Positions 1 to 8,297 are shown, counted from the first letter of the stretch. The stretch is 64,000 nt of DNA from an uncultured Sutterella sp. (GCA_905197905.1 CAJKAP010000008.1:52460-116459), one strand, 5' to 3'. Notes: generated from the letters alone by a model not told the origin. Program-made: numbers and translations.

Positions 1-1001
1 AGAGCTTTCGCCAGCGTCAAGGGTCACGTCGCGCGGGGGCGCTCGGTACGGTGGCAAAACACTTCCAGCGCTTTATCGCGATGACAGGAACGCCCGCGCC
101 AAATGGTCTTGCGGACCTATGGGGGCAACTCTGGTTTATCGACCGCGGGCGTCGGCTAGGGTCAAGCTACACCGCCTTTCAACTGCGCTGGTTCGACTCT
201 GCCCAAGTAGGGTCACATCCTAAGGCTAAAGCCTGGAGACCTAAGCCAAACGCGGACAAAGAGATTCATGCCGCCATTGCGGATGTGTGCCTCTCCATTA
301 AGGCGGAAGACTACTTTGACATTCAGAAGCCACGGTTCGTGACCCGAGAGGTCGAGCTTCCGCCCAAGGCGATGTCGATCTACCGCGATATGGAGCGAAA
401 GCTCTTCGTAGAGCTCAACAGTGGGAAAGCGGTTGAGGCACTAAATGCGGGGAGTAAGACAATGAAACTCCTACAGATTGCGAGTGGTGCGATCTACACG
501 GATGAGCAAGGCTCTTGGGAAGAGATTCACACGGAAAAGCTCAGCGCGATGGAGTCGATAGTCAACGAGCTCAATGGCGAACCTGTGCTAGTTGCGTACC
601 AGTTCAAAAGCGATCTAGCACGCATACTCAAGCACTTTCCACAGGCCAGAGTGTTCGATAGTACGCCAGGGATGGTGAAGGAGTTCAATGACGGGAAAAT
701 CCCGATCATGCTTGTTCATCCAGCCAGTGCGGGGCACGGGATCAGCTTGCAGGATGGTAGCGCTAACTTGATCGTCTTTTCTCAGACGTGGAACTTAGAG
801 CACTACCAGCAGGTGATTGAGCGCATAGGTCCTATGCGACAGATGCAAGCGGGACATCCTAGGCTAGTGACGGTTTTCAACATCATTGCCAAAGATACCG
901 TAGACGAGAGAGCGCTCACCGCGAAGGGAAATAAGGACCTTGTCCAAAGAGAACTACTTGAGTATTTGAGAGGGAAATATGCCAAAGACAAAAACGACTA
1001 G
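1..1001 (+). CDS. SNF2/DEAD-like helicase, C-terminal part (5' end cut by window edge)
   Basis: The reading frame is open from base 3, with no stop before the listed GTG at 51. The product has an SNF2 motif III-like MTGTPAPNGLADLW and a helicase C-lobe (HPASAGHGISLQ, QVIERIGPMRQ). Confidence 0.8.
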   Translation, partial: SFRQRQGSRRAGALGTVAKHFQRFIAMTGTPAPNGLADLWGQLWFIDRGRRLGSSYTAFQLRWFDSAQVGSHPKAKAWRPKPNADKEIHAAIADVCLSIKAEDYFDIQKPRFVTREVELPPKAMSIYRDMERKLFVELNSGKAVEALNAGSKTMKLLQIASGAIYTDEQGSWEEIHTEKLSAMESIVNELNGEPVLVAYQFKSDLARILKHFPQARVFDSTPGMVKEFNDGKIPIMLVHPASAGHGISLQDGSANLIVFSQTWNLEHYQQVIERIGPMRQMQAGHPRLVTVFNIIAKDTVDERALTAKGNKDLVQRELLEYLRGKYAKDKND

Positions 1002-1569
1002 AGGGAAGAAATACCGCCCCCGCTATGTCTATCGCCATCCGATAGAGACTAAATGGCAGTCACGGTTTTTAGGTGAGCTTGATGCGCTCGAAGGGCGCTT
1101 ACTCCTACACCTTCATAAGGGAGAGGCGGACTTTGGCGACGTGCTGAACCTGCGGGATTTAGCAATGGCGGCGCAGTTCATTATCGCGCACAGACAGTCG
1201 CAATTTAAAGGTGAGGATTTACGCCCATGGGTGGAGGAATTCTATCGTGTGGCACGCCAGCTCAACGAGGTGGCAAAGCGCTCACTTGATCGTAATCTTC
1301 GCATAGTTTGCACAGGCGAGGAGCTTAGAGCGATTAACAGCGCGATGGGACCCGTGCTCGAGTTTATACGAGATAACCTCAAGAGCGCACCACGTATGAC
1401 AACTCTTGAGATTTATGCTTGCGCGCTACTTCGCCGAGAAGGGGGCGCGAAAGCGGGGCGTGATGCAGATATTCACGCGGATTTAACCGTCATCGAGCGC
1501 TACTACCAGCGCGCGGGGGACGATTTATTAACTGGTCGGATGTGGCGCAGCTTATACCCATCCCCATAA
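979..1569 (+). CDS. Hypothetical island protein (196 aa, basic N-terminus)
   Basis: An ATG at 979 is preceded by GAGGGAAAT (Shine-Dalgarno-like). It overlaps the helicase 3' end by 23 nt. I recognise no family. Confidence 0.6.
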   Translation: MPKTKTTRGKKYRPRYVYRHPIETKWQSRFLGELDALEGRLLLHLHKGEADFGDVLNLRDLAMAAQFIIAHRQSQFKGEDLRPWVEEFYRVARQLNEVAKRSLDRNLRIVCTGEELRAINSAMGPVLEFIRDNLKSAPRMTTLEIYACALLRREGGAKAGRDADIHADLTVIERYYQRAGDDLLTGRMWRSLYPSP

Positions 1570-1592
1570 AACCTTGAATAAGGAGACTAAGC

Positions 1593-1793
1593 ATGACAGG
1601 AAACTTGCCCAGTACTTATATGCGACCTAAAGAGGTTGCGGAACTTTTTGGCGTTAGTGTGCGCACTGTGTGGCGCTGGTGTGGTGAGTCTCGGAAAAAT
1701 GAAAGGGGCACCCCTTTCCCGAAAGCCATCCGCCTAACTAAAAGAGTAACCTGCTTCCCGCGAGAAGAAGTGTTCAACTTTGCGGAGAACTAA
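1593..1793 (+). CDS. AlpA / excisionase-family helix-turn-helix DNA-binding protein
   Basis: An AAGGAG Shine-Dalgarno lies 7 nt upstream of the ATG. The motif MRPKEVAELFGVSVRTVWRW is typical of Phage_AlpA/Xis-type HTH proteins, and the 66-aa size fits. Confidence 0.75.
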   Translation: MTGNLPSTYMRPKEVAELFGVSVRTVWRWCGESRKNERGTPFPKAIRLTKRVTCFPREEVFNFAEN

Positions 1794-1854
1794 AAATTTA
1801 AACCACGCGCGGGGGCTACCGTAAGCCTCTGCGCCTAACGAGAGGAACAAAACC

Positions 1855-2127
1855 ATGTACGAAATCACAGATAAAACAGAAGCCATTACACAAATCAAAG
1901 AAGCTATTAAGCATAAGCGTCGTGTTAGCCTCTAGGTCTTTTCTGAAGAACTCCGAGCAGATAGAGAGGTCGCATTGCTTGCGCTTCAAACTGATGGAAT
2001 GAATTTAGGGGTTTTATCTGACGAATTGCGAGATGACAAAGAAGTCGTACTGACCGCCGTAAAACAAGATGGCGTGGCGCGGGGGTATGCCTCATATAGG
2101 CTTCAAAAGGAGCTTTCGCGCGAGTAA
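1855..2127 (+). pseudogene. DUF4116-like repeat ORF interrupted by an in-frame TAG (1933-1935)
   Basis: An ATG at 1855 follows GAGAGGAA, and the frame continues through the TAG to a TAA at 2125-2127. The downstream part reads EELRADREVALLALQTDGMNLGVLSDELRDDKEVVLTAVKQDGVARGYAS, which resembles the DUF4116 repeat pattern. Confidence 0.5.
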
Positions 2128-2132
2128 TAACA

Positions 2133-2162
2133 ACGCCCTGAGGTCTATAGGTCTCGGGGCGT
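2133..2162 (+). terminator. Hairpin after the DUF4116-like ORF (weak terminator candidate)
   Basis: ACGCCCTGAG / CTCGGGGCGT forms a 10-bp stem with one G-U pair and a 10-nt loop. Only a short CTTT tail follows. Confidence 0.3.
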
Positions 2163-2181
2163 CTTTACAAAGGAGCTGACT

Positions 2182-2244
2182 ATGGGTATACTTTGTGTAC
2201 CACGTGAAAAAGACGTGGTCGGGCTTCGCATCCTGCATATATAA
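2182..2244 (+). CDS. Candidate 20-aa micro-ORF (MGILCVPREKDVVGLRILHI)
   Basis: An AGGAG lies 6 nt upstream of the ATG at 2182, and the stop is a TAA at 2242-2244. It is too short for the ORF track and has no other support. Confidence 0.25.
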   Translation: MGILCVPREKDVVGLRILHI

Positions 2245-2329
2245 ACTGGCTCTAGACGCCACTACTCTGTGGCTGTTTTTATATCTAGAGCGCTTCCTCA
2301 AGTGCCTTCGGACGGTCTAACGTTTTGTT

Positions 2330-2347
2330 ATACCATCTATATGGTAT
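2330..2347. promoter_or_regulatory. Perfect palindrome ATACCAT-CTAT-ATGGTAT (operator-like)
   Basis: It was read directly from the sequence and sits in the 300-bp non-coding region upstream of the Bro-N gene. Confidence 0.3.
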
Positions 2348-2478
2348 TTATGATGGGGCGTATAGGACACCCTCGGGTGACTGCTTTCCAGTTTAGGCAG
2401 AATGCGAACCTATATCGCCCTGTCACCCTCGCATTGTGTGCCAGGCTCATCAATATCTATAAACTGGAGGGCTTGCAA

Positions 2479-3327
2479 ATGCCCGTATTCAACTTTGAAA
2501 ATTCATCAATCCGCGTCGTCGGAACTCCCACTACCCCGCTATTTGTCGTAACCGATGTTTGCGCTGTCTTGACCTACTCTAATGTGGCGGTGGCGATTGC
2601 TCGCCACGTAATGCCAGAAGACGTCATTAAAGTGCGAGTTCTAGACACGAAAGGACGCCCACAAACCGTCAACGCCGTCAACGAGTCAGGGCTTTACTGC
2701 CTGATCTTCGGCTCTAAGCTCGAAAAAGCTAAGGAGTTCAAGCGTTGGGTGACTTCTGAAGTGCTCCCATCCATCCGCAAGACTGGCAGTTACACCAACG
2801 GGGCGAGGCGTAGTGTGACGCCACGACCTCCCAGAATCTCTGACGCGCAATGCGCCATGATCAGCGAAGCTGTAAAGCGCCAAGCGAGAATCGCGGGCGT
2901 TTACACACAAACGATCTACGAGCGGATGCATAACCACTTCAATATCCCAAGCTATACCAATTTTACCGTTGATCAGTTCAACGCCGTGCTCGAGTATATC
3001 AAGACCTTCACCAAGAAGTCCTCTGGCGGAGGCGCACCCACCTCCTCCGTGTCAAAATTGCCGTCGAACTATGTGATTTTGGACGCGCATATGGCAGAAC
3101 GCCTTGTACATTTCCTCTACTACTGGCGATACTTCTTTAGACCTGAACTTGACATGATCTACCAACTCTTGCGCACGGTGGACTCTCCTAAAGCAGCGCG
3201 CTTTTTCGAGGTGATGACGGGCTTACGCTTGCCACAGCTCGAGCGACTCCTCGAGGAGCAGGGCTACTCAGTCAAAGCGTTGCCCTGCTATAAGGCACTA
3301 CCAGCAAACCAGCGGTTGCCTAACTAA
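2479..3327 (+). CDS. Bro-N domain phage antirepressor-like protein
   Basis: The motif FENSSIRVV...PLFVVTDVCAVL...ESGLYCLIFGSKLEKAKEFKRWVTSEVLPSIRKTG is a Bro-N signature. I chose the ATG at 2479 because GGAGG lies 8 nt upstream. The track ORF starts at 2269 with an implausible extension. Confidence 0.8.
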   Translation: MPVFNFENSSIRVVGTPTTPLFVVTDVCAVLTYSNVAVAIARHVMPEDVIKVRVLDTKGRPQTVNAVNESGLYCLIFGSKLEKAKEFKRWVTSEVLPSIRKTGSYTNGARRSVTPRPPRISDAQCAMISEAVKRQARIAGVYTQTIYERMHNHFNIPSYTNFTVDQFNAVLEYIKTFTKKSSGGGAPTSSVSKLPSNYVILDAHMAERLVHFLYYWRYFFRPELDMIYQLLRTVDSPKAARFFEVMTGLRLPQLERLLEEQGYSVKALPCYKALPANQRLPN

Positions 3328-3354
3328 TCGCTAGACCAATACGACCGTACCACT

Positions 3355-4686
3355 TTATCGAGCGTTAACTGCGGAAAAGCAGAACTCCGCCCATTCTTGC
3401 AGAAGCTTACGCTTATGCTCGATCGAGAGGTCACGGTCGTATGCACCGCCAAGCTTGCTATCGGCTACGTGGTGCAAGCATAGCCCGATCGTTCTCGGGT
3501 CTTTGCGTGCTCCTTGCGCCCACGTCTCGAAACTGGCGCGCGCAATAGCATGAGGTACGGCAACCACATCCTTCCCCGCTTCCTTAGACATCGCTCTATC
3601 GATCCAGCCTTCTCGCCCTTGCGCTTTCTCGTATCCATGCGATCGACGCACTAGCATGGTCATAGCCATGTCGCTGAGCGGTCGCCCACTCGCCCCCAAG
3701 AAGACATACTCCCCACAAGAATGCGCCCTCTGCGCCTCAAGTATGCGCAGCGCTTCCGTGGAGAGTGGCACGACGTGCTGACCGTTGCCAGACACCTTCA
3801 TCTCTTCAGGTGGTATCGTCCAGATCTGCTTTTCAAAGTCCACTTGCGCCCACCGCATCAATCGCACATTAGCGGATCGACAACACGTCAGAATACCCAA
3901 TAGAAGACAACGCGCCACGTCGCTCTCCATCCCATGGAGTGACTGGATGAGCGCGGGTACTTGGGCGGGCTCAAGGAATGGAAAGTGTTTTGCCTGCGCG
4001 CGTGCCTTCTGTGAGGGTAAGAGCGGGGCTAGCGCTTTCGTATCCGCAGGGTTCACCAAATCAGAAGGGCGAATTTTCTTTATGGTCGACGCCCAGACAA
4101 AGAAGCCCCGCAGATTAAGAAGAAGACGGTCACACGTGGCGGGCTTATCGATCCAGATAGCGCGCAGAGCATTGGCGACCTCTTCCAGGGTGCATTTGGC
4201 AACAGAGACATCTTTGAGTCCTGGTAGAAGATTCTTCTCAAAACGCCGTTGTTCACGGTAGCGTGCTTGCGCGCTGCGCTTCCAGTCCCCTCTGTCTTCT
4301 TTCCAGTCGAAGAACTCGGGGTATACGTCGCCGACAGTAATCCGCTCAACAGCGTCTTGCTCGCGTTTTGAAGCCTCTTCTTCTCGTTGTTGCTTAAGCG
4401 CTTTCTTAACCTCCGTCGGATTGATTCCCGCTTTAGCCTTGAGGAGTGTCTCGGTGGCTAAGTCACGCGCCTGCTTGAGCGATACAGAGGGATATGCCCC
4501 TAAGCCAATGGTAAAACGGGTCACTTTCGACTGGCGACGTAGCACCCACTTGGCTCGGGCGCCACCGTCCGCGTTACGCTCAACGCGGAGGATAAGACCT
4601 GGGACACCACCAACAAGGTGATCCCCGATCGATGAGGCAAGGTCTCTCACCGCCATCGCAGATAGAATACGAGCAACCCGCGGCAT
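3355..4686 (-). CDS. int: Tyrosine recombinase / phage integrase (DUF4102-type arm-binding N-terminus)
   Basis: The 443-aa product has an N-terminus typical of P4-like integrases (LSAMAVRDL...GLILRV) and a C-terminal catalytic region (HGYEK...VPHAIARASFETWA...LCLHHV...YDR). It lies adjacent to the tRNA 3' end. Confidence 0.9.
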   Translation of the reverse strand: MPRVARILSAMAVRDLASSIGDHLVGGVPGLILRVERNADGGARAKWVLRRQSKVTRFTIGLGAYPSVSLKQARDLATETLLKAKAGINPTEVKKALKQQREEEASKREQDAVERITVGDVYPEFFDWKEDRGDWKRSAQARYREQRRFEKNLLPGLKDVSVAKCTLEEVANALRAIWIDKPATCDRLLLNLRGFFVWASTIKKIRPSDLVNPADTKALAPLLPSQKARAQAKHFPFLEPAQVPALIQSLHGMESDVARCLLLGILTCCRSANVRLMRWAQVDFEKQIWTIPPEEMKVSGNGQHVVPLSTEALRILEAQRAHSCGEYVFLGASGRPLSDMAMTMLVRRSHGYEKAQGREGWIDRAMSKEAGKDVVAVPHAIARASFETWAQGARKDPRTIGLCLHHVADSKLGGAYDRDLSIEHKRKLLQEWAEFCFSAVNAR

Positions 4687-4748
4687 ATAGTCTCCACTTT
4701 TTTAACCGTTAATTTTCGTGGACAAAAGTATAGCCCACACAGTCGATT

Positions 4749-4772
4749 CTGGTGGGCTTTCTGGTGGGCTTT
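4749..4772. repeat. Tandem 12-mer CTGGTGGGCTTT x2, with an inverted AGCCCAC copy upstream
   Basis: It was read directly and lies in the integrase-tRNA spacer. It may be a recombinase or Xis arm-type binding site. Confidence 0.5.
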
Positions 4773-4884
4773 AAAATTCGTCCTGTAGCGACTTTTAGTG
4801 TCACCATTTGACACTGTCGTTTTTCTGGCTTCCTTTATTTTCAATGGTTTTGGCGCTTTTTGTCGCTACGTGACATTGTGAAAG

Positions 4885-4960
4885 TGGTGCCCCTTAACTG
4901 ACTCGAACAGTTGACCTACCGCTTACAAGGCGGTTGCTCTACCAACTGAGCTAAAGAGGC
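4885..4960 (-). tRNA. tRNA-Thr (anticodon UGU)
   Basis: The 76-nt cloverleaf was folded by hand. The acceptor stem is GCCTCTT/AAGGGGC, the anticodon stem-loop is ACCGC-CTTGTAA-GCGGT, the T-loop is TTCGAGT and the CCA end is encoded. Confidence 0.9.
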
Positions 4961-5028
4961 AACACAGAATGGCGATTATACACAAAAATTCTGATTTTGT
5001 GTTTTCTCCCCTTAAGCGATCCAAATTA

Positions 5029-5448
5029 TTATTTTAGACGTGTTGGACGGCGCGGAGCTGCTGTTTCGAAGAGCGTTTCCGCCTTACCGTCAGTAGGTTG
5101 CGTGGGCAACACTTTGAAAGTAAATCCGCAGTGCTGATATTCAAGTGGCATGACCATTGAGATACGATTGACTGGCACATATACCTCAAAAATCACATTG
5201 TCTTCACCAAAACGTACCTGAAAGGTCATCGCTTCGTCATCGATGTTGAACTGATGCACAGCTTCATCGCTTACATCAAAAACGATCTGTCCCTCACGCA
5301 CGTATTCTGTCGGAACTTGGCAGTAGTCGTCTACCTGAACAACCACATAAGGCGTAGCCCCAGTATCACGGCAGTACTCCAAGACGGCCCGAATCAAATA
5401 GGGACGAATCGGTTTTGGTTCTTCTTGCTGGTTTTGAAAATTTTGCAC
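5029..5448 (-). CDS. sspB: ClpXP adaptor SspB (stringent starvation protein B)
   Basis: The product contains PIRPYLIRAVLEYCRDTGATPYVVV and lies downstream of sspA. The start codon is GTG. Confidence 0.85.
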   Translation of the reverse strand: MQNFQNQQEEPKPIRPYLIRAVLEYCRDTGATPYVVVQVDDYCQVPTEYVREGQIVFDVSDEAVHQFNIDDEAMTFQVRFGEDNVIFEVYVPVNRISMVMPLEYQHCGFTFKVLPTQPTDGKAETLFETAAPRRPTRLK

Positions 5449-5505
5449 TGTCTTCCATCCTTATTCTGTGCGCCGAGCGAAGCACCCGGCGCAACCACGA
5501 GGCAG

Positions 5506-6108
5506 TTAACGACGCATGACACGCTCCGAAGGCGTCATCGAGTCGATGAAGGCTGGACGCGAAAAGAGACGTTCAGCATAGGTCATGAGCGGCGCAGCCA
5601 CAGACGGCAATTCAATGCCGTAGTGATCCAGGCGCCAAAGCACTGGAGCCAAGGAAACGTCCAAGAGCGAGAAATCGTCGCCCATCAAGAATTTGCTATT
5701 CGTCAAACGCATCCCAATCAAGGTCAACTGGTCACGCAACTTGTCACGAGCTTTGAGGTGCACTTCTTCGGAATAGGTACGATTTTCGAGGGCACGCACA
5801 TGCGGGAACACTTCACGATTAAAGATGTACGCAAAGAGGCGAGCACGGGCACGGCGCATCGGGTCGGTCGGCATCAACTGCGGGTGCGGGAAACGGTCAT
5901 CAATGTAGGCGTTAATCACGTCAGCTTGATAAAGAATCAAATCGCGTTCCTGCAAAATGGGAACTTCACCATAGGGGTTCAATGAACTCACGTCCATCGG
6001 TTGAAACATGTCAATGTCATGAACCTCAAACTCACAACCCTTTTCATACAAAACGAAGCGACAGCTGTGAGAGAACGGGCAGGTCAAGCCCGAATAAAGC
6101 ACCATCAT
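5506..6108 (-). CDS. sspA: Stringent starvation protein A (GST-like)
   Basis: The N-terminus MMVLYSGLTCPFSHSCRFVLYEKG, the GST fold length of 200 aa and the conserved sspA-sspB pairing support the call. Confidence 0.9.
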   Translation of the reverse strand: MMVLYSGLTCPFSHSCRFVLYEKGCEFEVHDIDMFQPMDVSSLNPYGEVPILQERDLILYQADVINAYIDDRFPHPQLMPTDPMRRARARLFAYIFNREVFPHVRALENRTYSEEVHLKARDKLRDQLTLIGMRLTNSKFLMGDDFSLLDVSLAPVLWRLDHYGIELPSVAAPLMTYAERLFSRPAFIDSMTPSERVMRR

Positions 6109-6351
6109 AAAAAAAGCATTCCTAGACTAAAAAATTAAAAAATTCCTGCGAGCAAGCGGTCTATTTCCACTCTTGACAAAGTGACTCGTTTGATCAAGTT
6201 CTAAACTCTTAAAGAGAGCGTTGCTCTTTGAATCAACCACCGCTCAGAACAGGAGAGCTTTTTTAGTTTATCAAATCGCTCATAGAAACTCAAATTCAAA
6301 TAATTTAATCTTATGAATTTGACTCTTAGAGTAGCGTAATTGTTTTTGTAA

Positions 6352-7104
6352 CTAAATTGGATTATCAATTTCTAAATAGCGAATTTCTAGTTCTGAAAAA
6401 ACACTCTTCAGGTGTTTTCCTAATGCCTGAATCCCATAGCGTTCGGTCGCGTGGTGCCCCGCGCCAATATACGCAATGCCATTTTCGACAGCCTCATGGG
6501 TGGTGCGTTCACTCGCTTCGCCAGAGAGATAAACCTGAGCACCCTCTTGCGCGGCTAACTGTACCCAATCTTGCGCTGCACCAGTGCACCACGCTAGCTT
6601 CGTGATCTTCTCTGGTAGCTCTCCCAAGATCATCGGAGTTCGCTTCAGTACGCTCTCCACGCGCTGAACAAAAGCTTTGCCAGAAATAGCACCCTCTTCT
6701 GGCTCTCCAACCCAAACCAAATCACTTTCCCCACACTGATAGAGTGGTTTTACCCCCAAAAGCTTGGCGAGCTGTGCATTGTTTCCCAAAGTATTGTGTG
6801 CATCCAGTGGTAAGTGGTACGCAACAAGGTTAATATCAGCGCATAACAATGCACGTAATCGCTTTCGCTTCATTCCGACAATGTTTGTTGACTCTCCTTT
6901 CCAGAACCAACCGTGATGCACTAAAAGCATATCGGCACCCCAACGAACAGCTTCGTCCACCAGGGCCTGTGAAGCGGTCACACCTAAAAGAATACGTTTT
7001 ACTTCTTTTCTGCCCTCTACTTGAAGCCCATTCGGTGCATAATCATGAAACGTCTCAACGTTTAAGAGTCGATTCAAATATTGAAGAAGTTCTGTGCATT
7101 GCAT
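6352..7104 (-). CDS. Nif3-family dinuclear metal centre protein
   Basis: The product has the conserved motifs APNGLQVEG, HHGWFWKG and AYHLPLDAH, plus GHHATERYG. Confidence 0.9.
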   Translation of the reverse strand: MQCTELLQYLNRLLNVETFHDYAPNGLQVEGRKEVKRILLGVTASQALVDEAVRWGADMLLVHHGWFWKGESTNIVGMKRKRLRALLCADINLVAYHLPLDAHNTLGNNAQLAKLLGVKPLYQCGESDLVWVGEPEEGAISGKAFVQRVESVLKRTPMILGELPEKITKLAWCTGAAQDWVQLAAQEGAQVYLSGEASERTTHEAVENGIAYIGAGHHATERYGIQALGKHLKSVFSELEIRYLEIDNPI

Positions 7105-7148
7105 AAAATTTTTTCCTTCGCGTGTTCGTTTTCTCAGGAGCCTTTTTC

Positions 7149-8279
7149 ATGGTCCGCCAATTCTGGCTTATTGCTACACAACTTATCACAATCGCGCTTG
7201 CTGTGTGTGGTGTCTATTATCTCTGGACAACGGTCTCCTCTCCGAGCACTCCTGCCGAAACTTCTGCCATTAGTCCGTTTGACTTGTCTCATGCGGCCCA
7301 AACCGCGTCTCCTTCCGTAGTGACGATTTTGACACGCTCGCGCACCAATCACCCTCTCTCTGAAATTGCAGATGCGACAACTGGCCTTCTCAATGAACAC
7401 TCCTTTGATACCCTGGGTAGCGGCGTGATTGTGAGCTCCGATGGCTACATTCTCACCAACCAACACGTTGTTAACGGCATCCCTGAGCTCATTGTCCAAT
7501 TAAGCGATGGACAACGCTTTAACGCTTCAATCCTCAATGCCGATAAGGACACGGACTTGGCAGTTCTCAAGGTATTGGCCTCCAATTTGGCCGCTATTGG
7601 AATGGCTCCTACAGAAAAACTCAAAGTAGGTCAGCCCGTTCTCGCGATTGGTAACCCCTTCGCTGTGGGTCAGACGGTCACCGCAGGCATCATTTCTGCC
7701 TTAGGGCGTCATGGGTTTGGTCTCAATAACTATGAAGACTTTATTCAGACCGATGCCGCCATCAACCAAGGAAACTCTGGCGGTGCACTCGTGGATGCTG
7801 AAGGGAAACTCGTCGGGATCAATACTGCTATCTTCTCCCCAGATACCTCTGAAGGCTTTATTGGGATTGGCTTTGCGATTCCTGTCTCGATGATTCAGAA
7901 GGTGCTTCCTGGGCTGATGTCTGGGAACCGCCTTGAACGTGGTTATCTGGGAGTTGTCCCGGTGCAACTAACGCCCGAATACGCACGTGATTTAGGCTTA
8001 GAGGTTGCCAGTGGCGTCATGATCAATTCTGTTATTCAGGGAAGCCCTGCTGCTCGAGCAGGTCTACGTGCTTTTGATGTGATTACCCGCATCGGAGAAA
8101 ATAATGTTTATCAGGTCACGAGTTTCCTCGACTTGATTGCGGCCTTGCCACCCAATACCGACGTGAATGTTACTGTGTTGCGCGGGAAAGAAACCCTCAA
8201 CTTCGTGATCCGCATTCGTCCGCGTCCAGAAAACCCGCTTAAACAAAACGCAGATGAGGCGGTTACGAATGTCGCCTAA
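7149..8279 (+). CDS. DegS/AlgW-like S1C serine protease with PDZ domain
   Basis: It has an N-terminal membrane anchor, the catalytic motifs TNQHVV, DLAVLK and GNSGGAL, and a C-terminal PDZ domain. The ATG at 7149 has an AGGAG 8 nt upstream. The track start at 7122 is a GTG. Confidence 0.85.
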   Translation: MVRQFWLIATQLITIALAVCGVYYLWTTVSSPSTPAETSAISPFDLSHAAQTASPSVVTILTRSRTNHPLSEIADATTGLLNEHSFDTLGSGVIVSSDGYILTNQHVVNGIPELIVQLSDGQRFNASILNADKDTDLAVLKVLASNLAAIGMAPTEKLKVGQPVLAIGNPFAVGQTVTAGIISALGRHGFGLNNYEDFIQTDAAINQGNSGGALVDAEGKLVGINTAIFSPDTSEGFIGIGFAIPVSMIQKVLPGLMSGNRLERGYLGVVPVQLTPEYARDLGLEVASGVMINSVIQGSPAARAGLRAFDVITRIGENNVYQVTSFLDLIAALPPNTDVNVTVLRGKETLNFVIRIRPRPENPLKQNADEAVTNVA

Positions 8280-8297
8280 GTTCTAAAGCACACATCG

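Larger units (their letters stand above)
1..4884. mobile_element. Integrative island / prophage remnant inserted next to tRNA-Thr (left boundary outside window)
   Basis: Helicase, AlpA-type HTH, Bro-N antirepressor and tyrosine integrase genes lie directly next to the 3' end of a tRNA. Housekeeping genes start immediately beyond the tRNA. Confidence 0.6.

Noticed and set aside
2269-2478. 70-codon N-terminal extension of the Bro-N ORF given in the track
   Set aside because: The extension has no homology-like features and crosses the palindromes and repeats. The internal ATG at 2479 has a GGAGG Shine-Dalgarno and begins exactly where the Bro-N domain starts.
4749-4772. Tandem 12-mer considered as a possible CRISPR or VNTR fragment
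   Set aside because: There are only two adjacent copies with no spacers, and they lie in an integrase-tRNA spacer. They are better explained as recombinase or Xis binding sites.
5254-5985. 243-aa plus-strand ORF spanning the sspB/sspA junction
   Set aside because: It runs antisense across two well-supported genes and their intergenic gap, and shows no domain signature.
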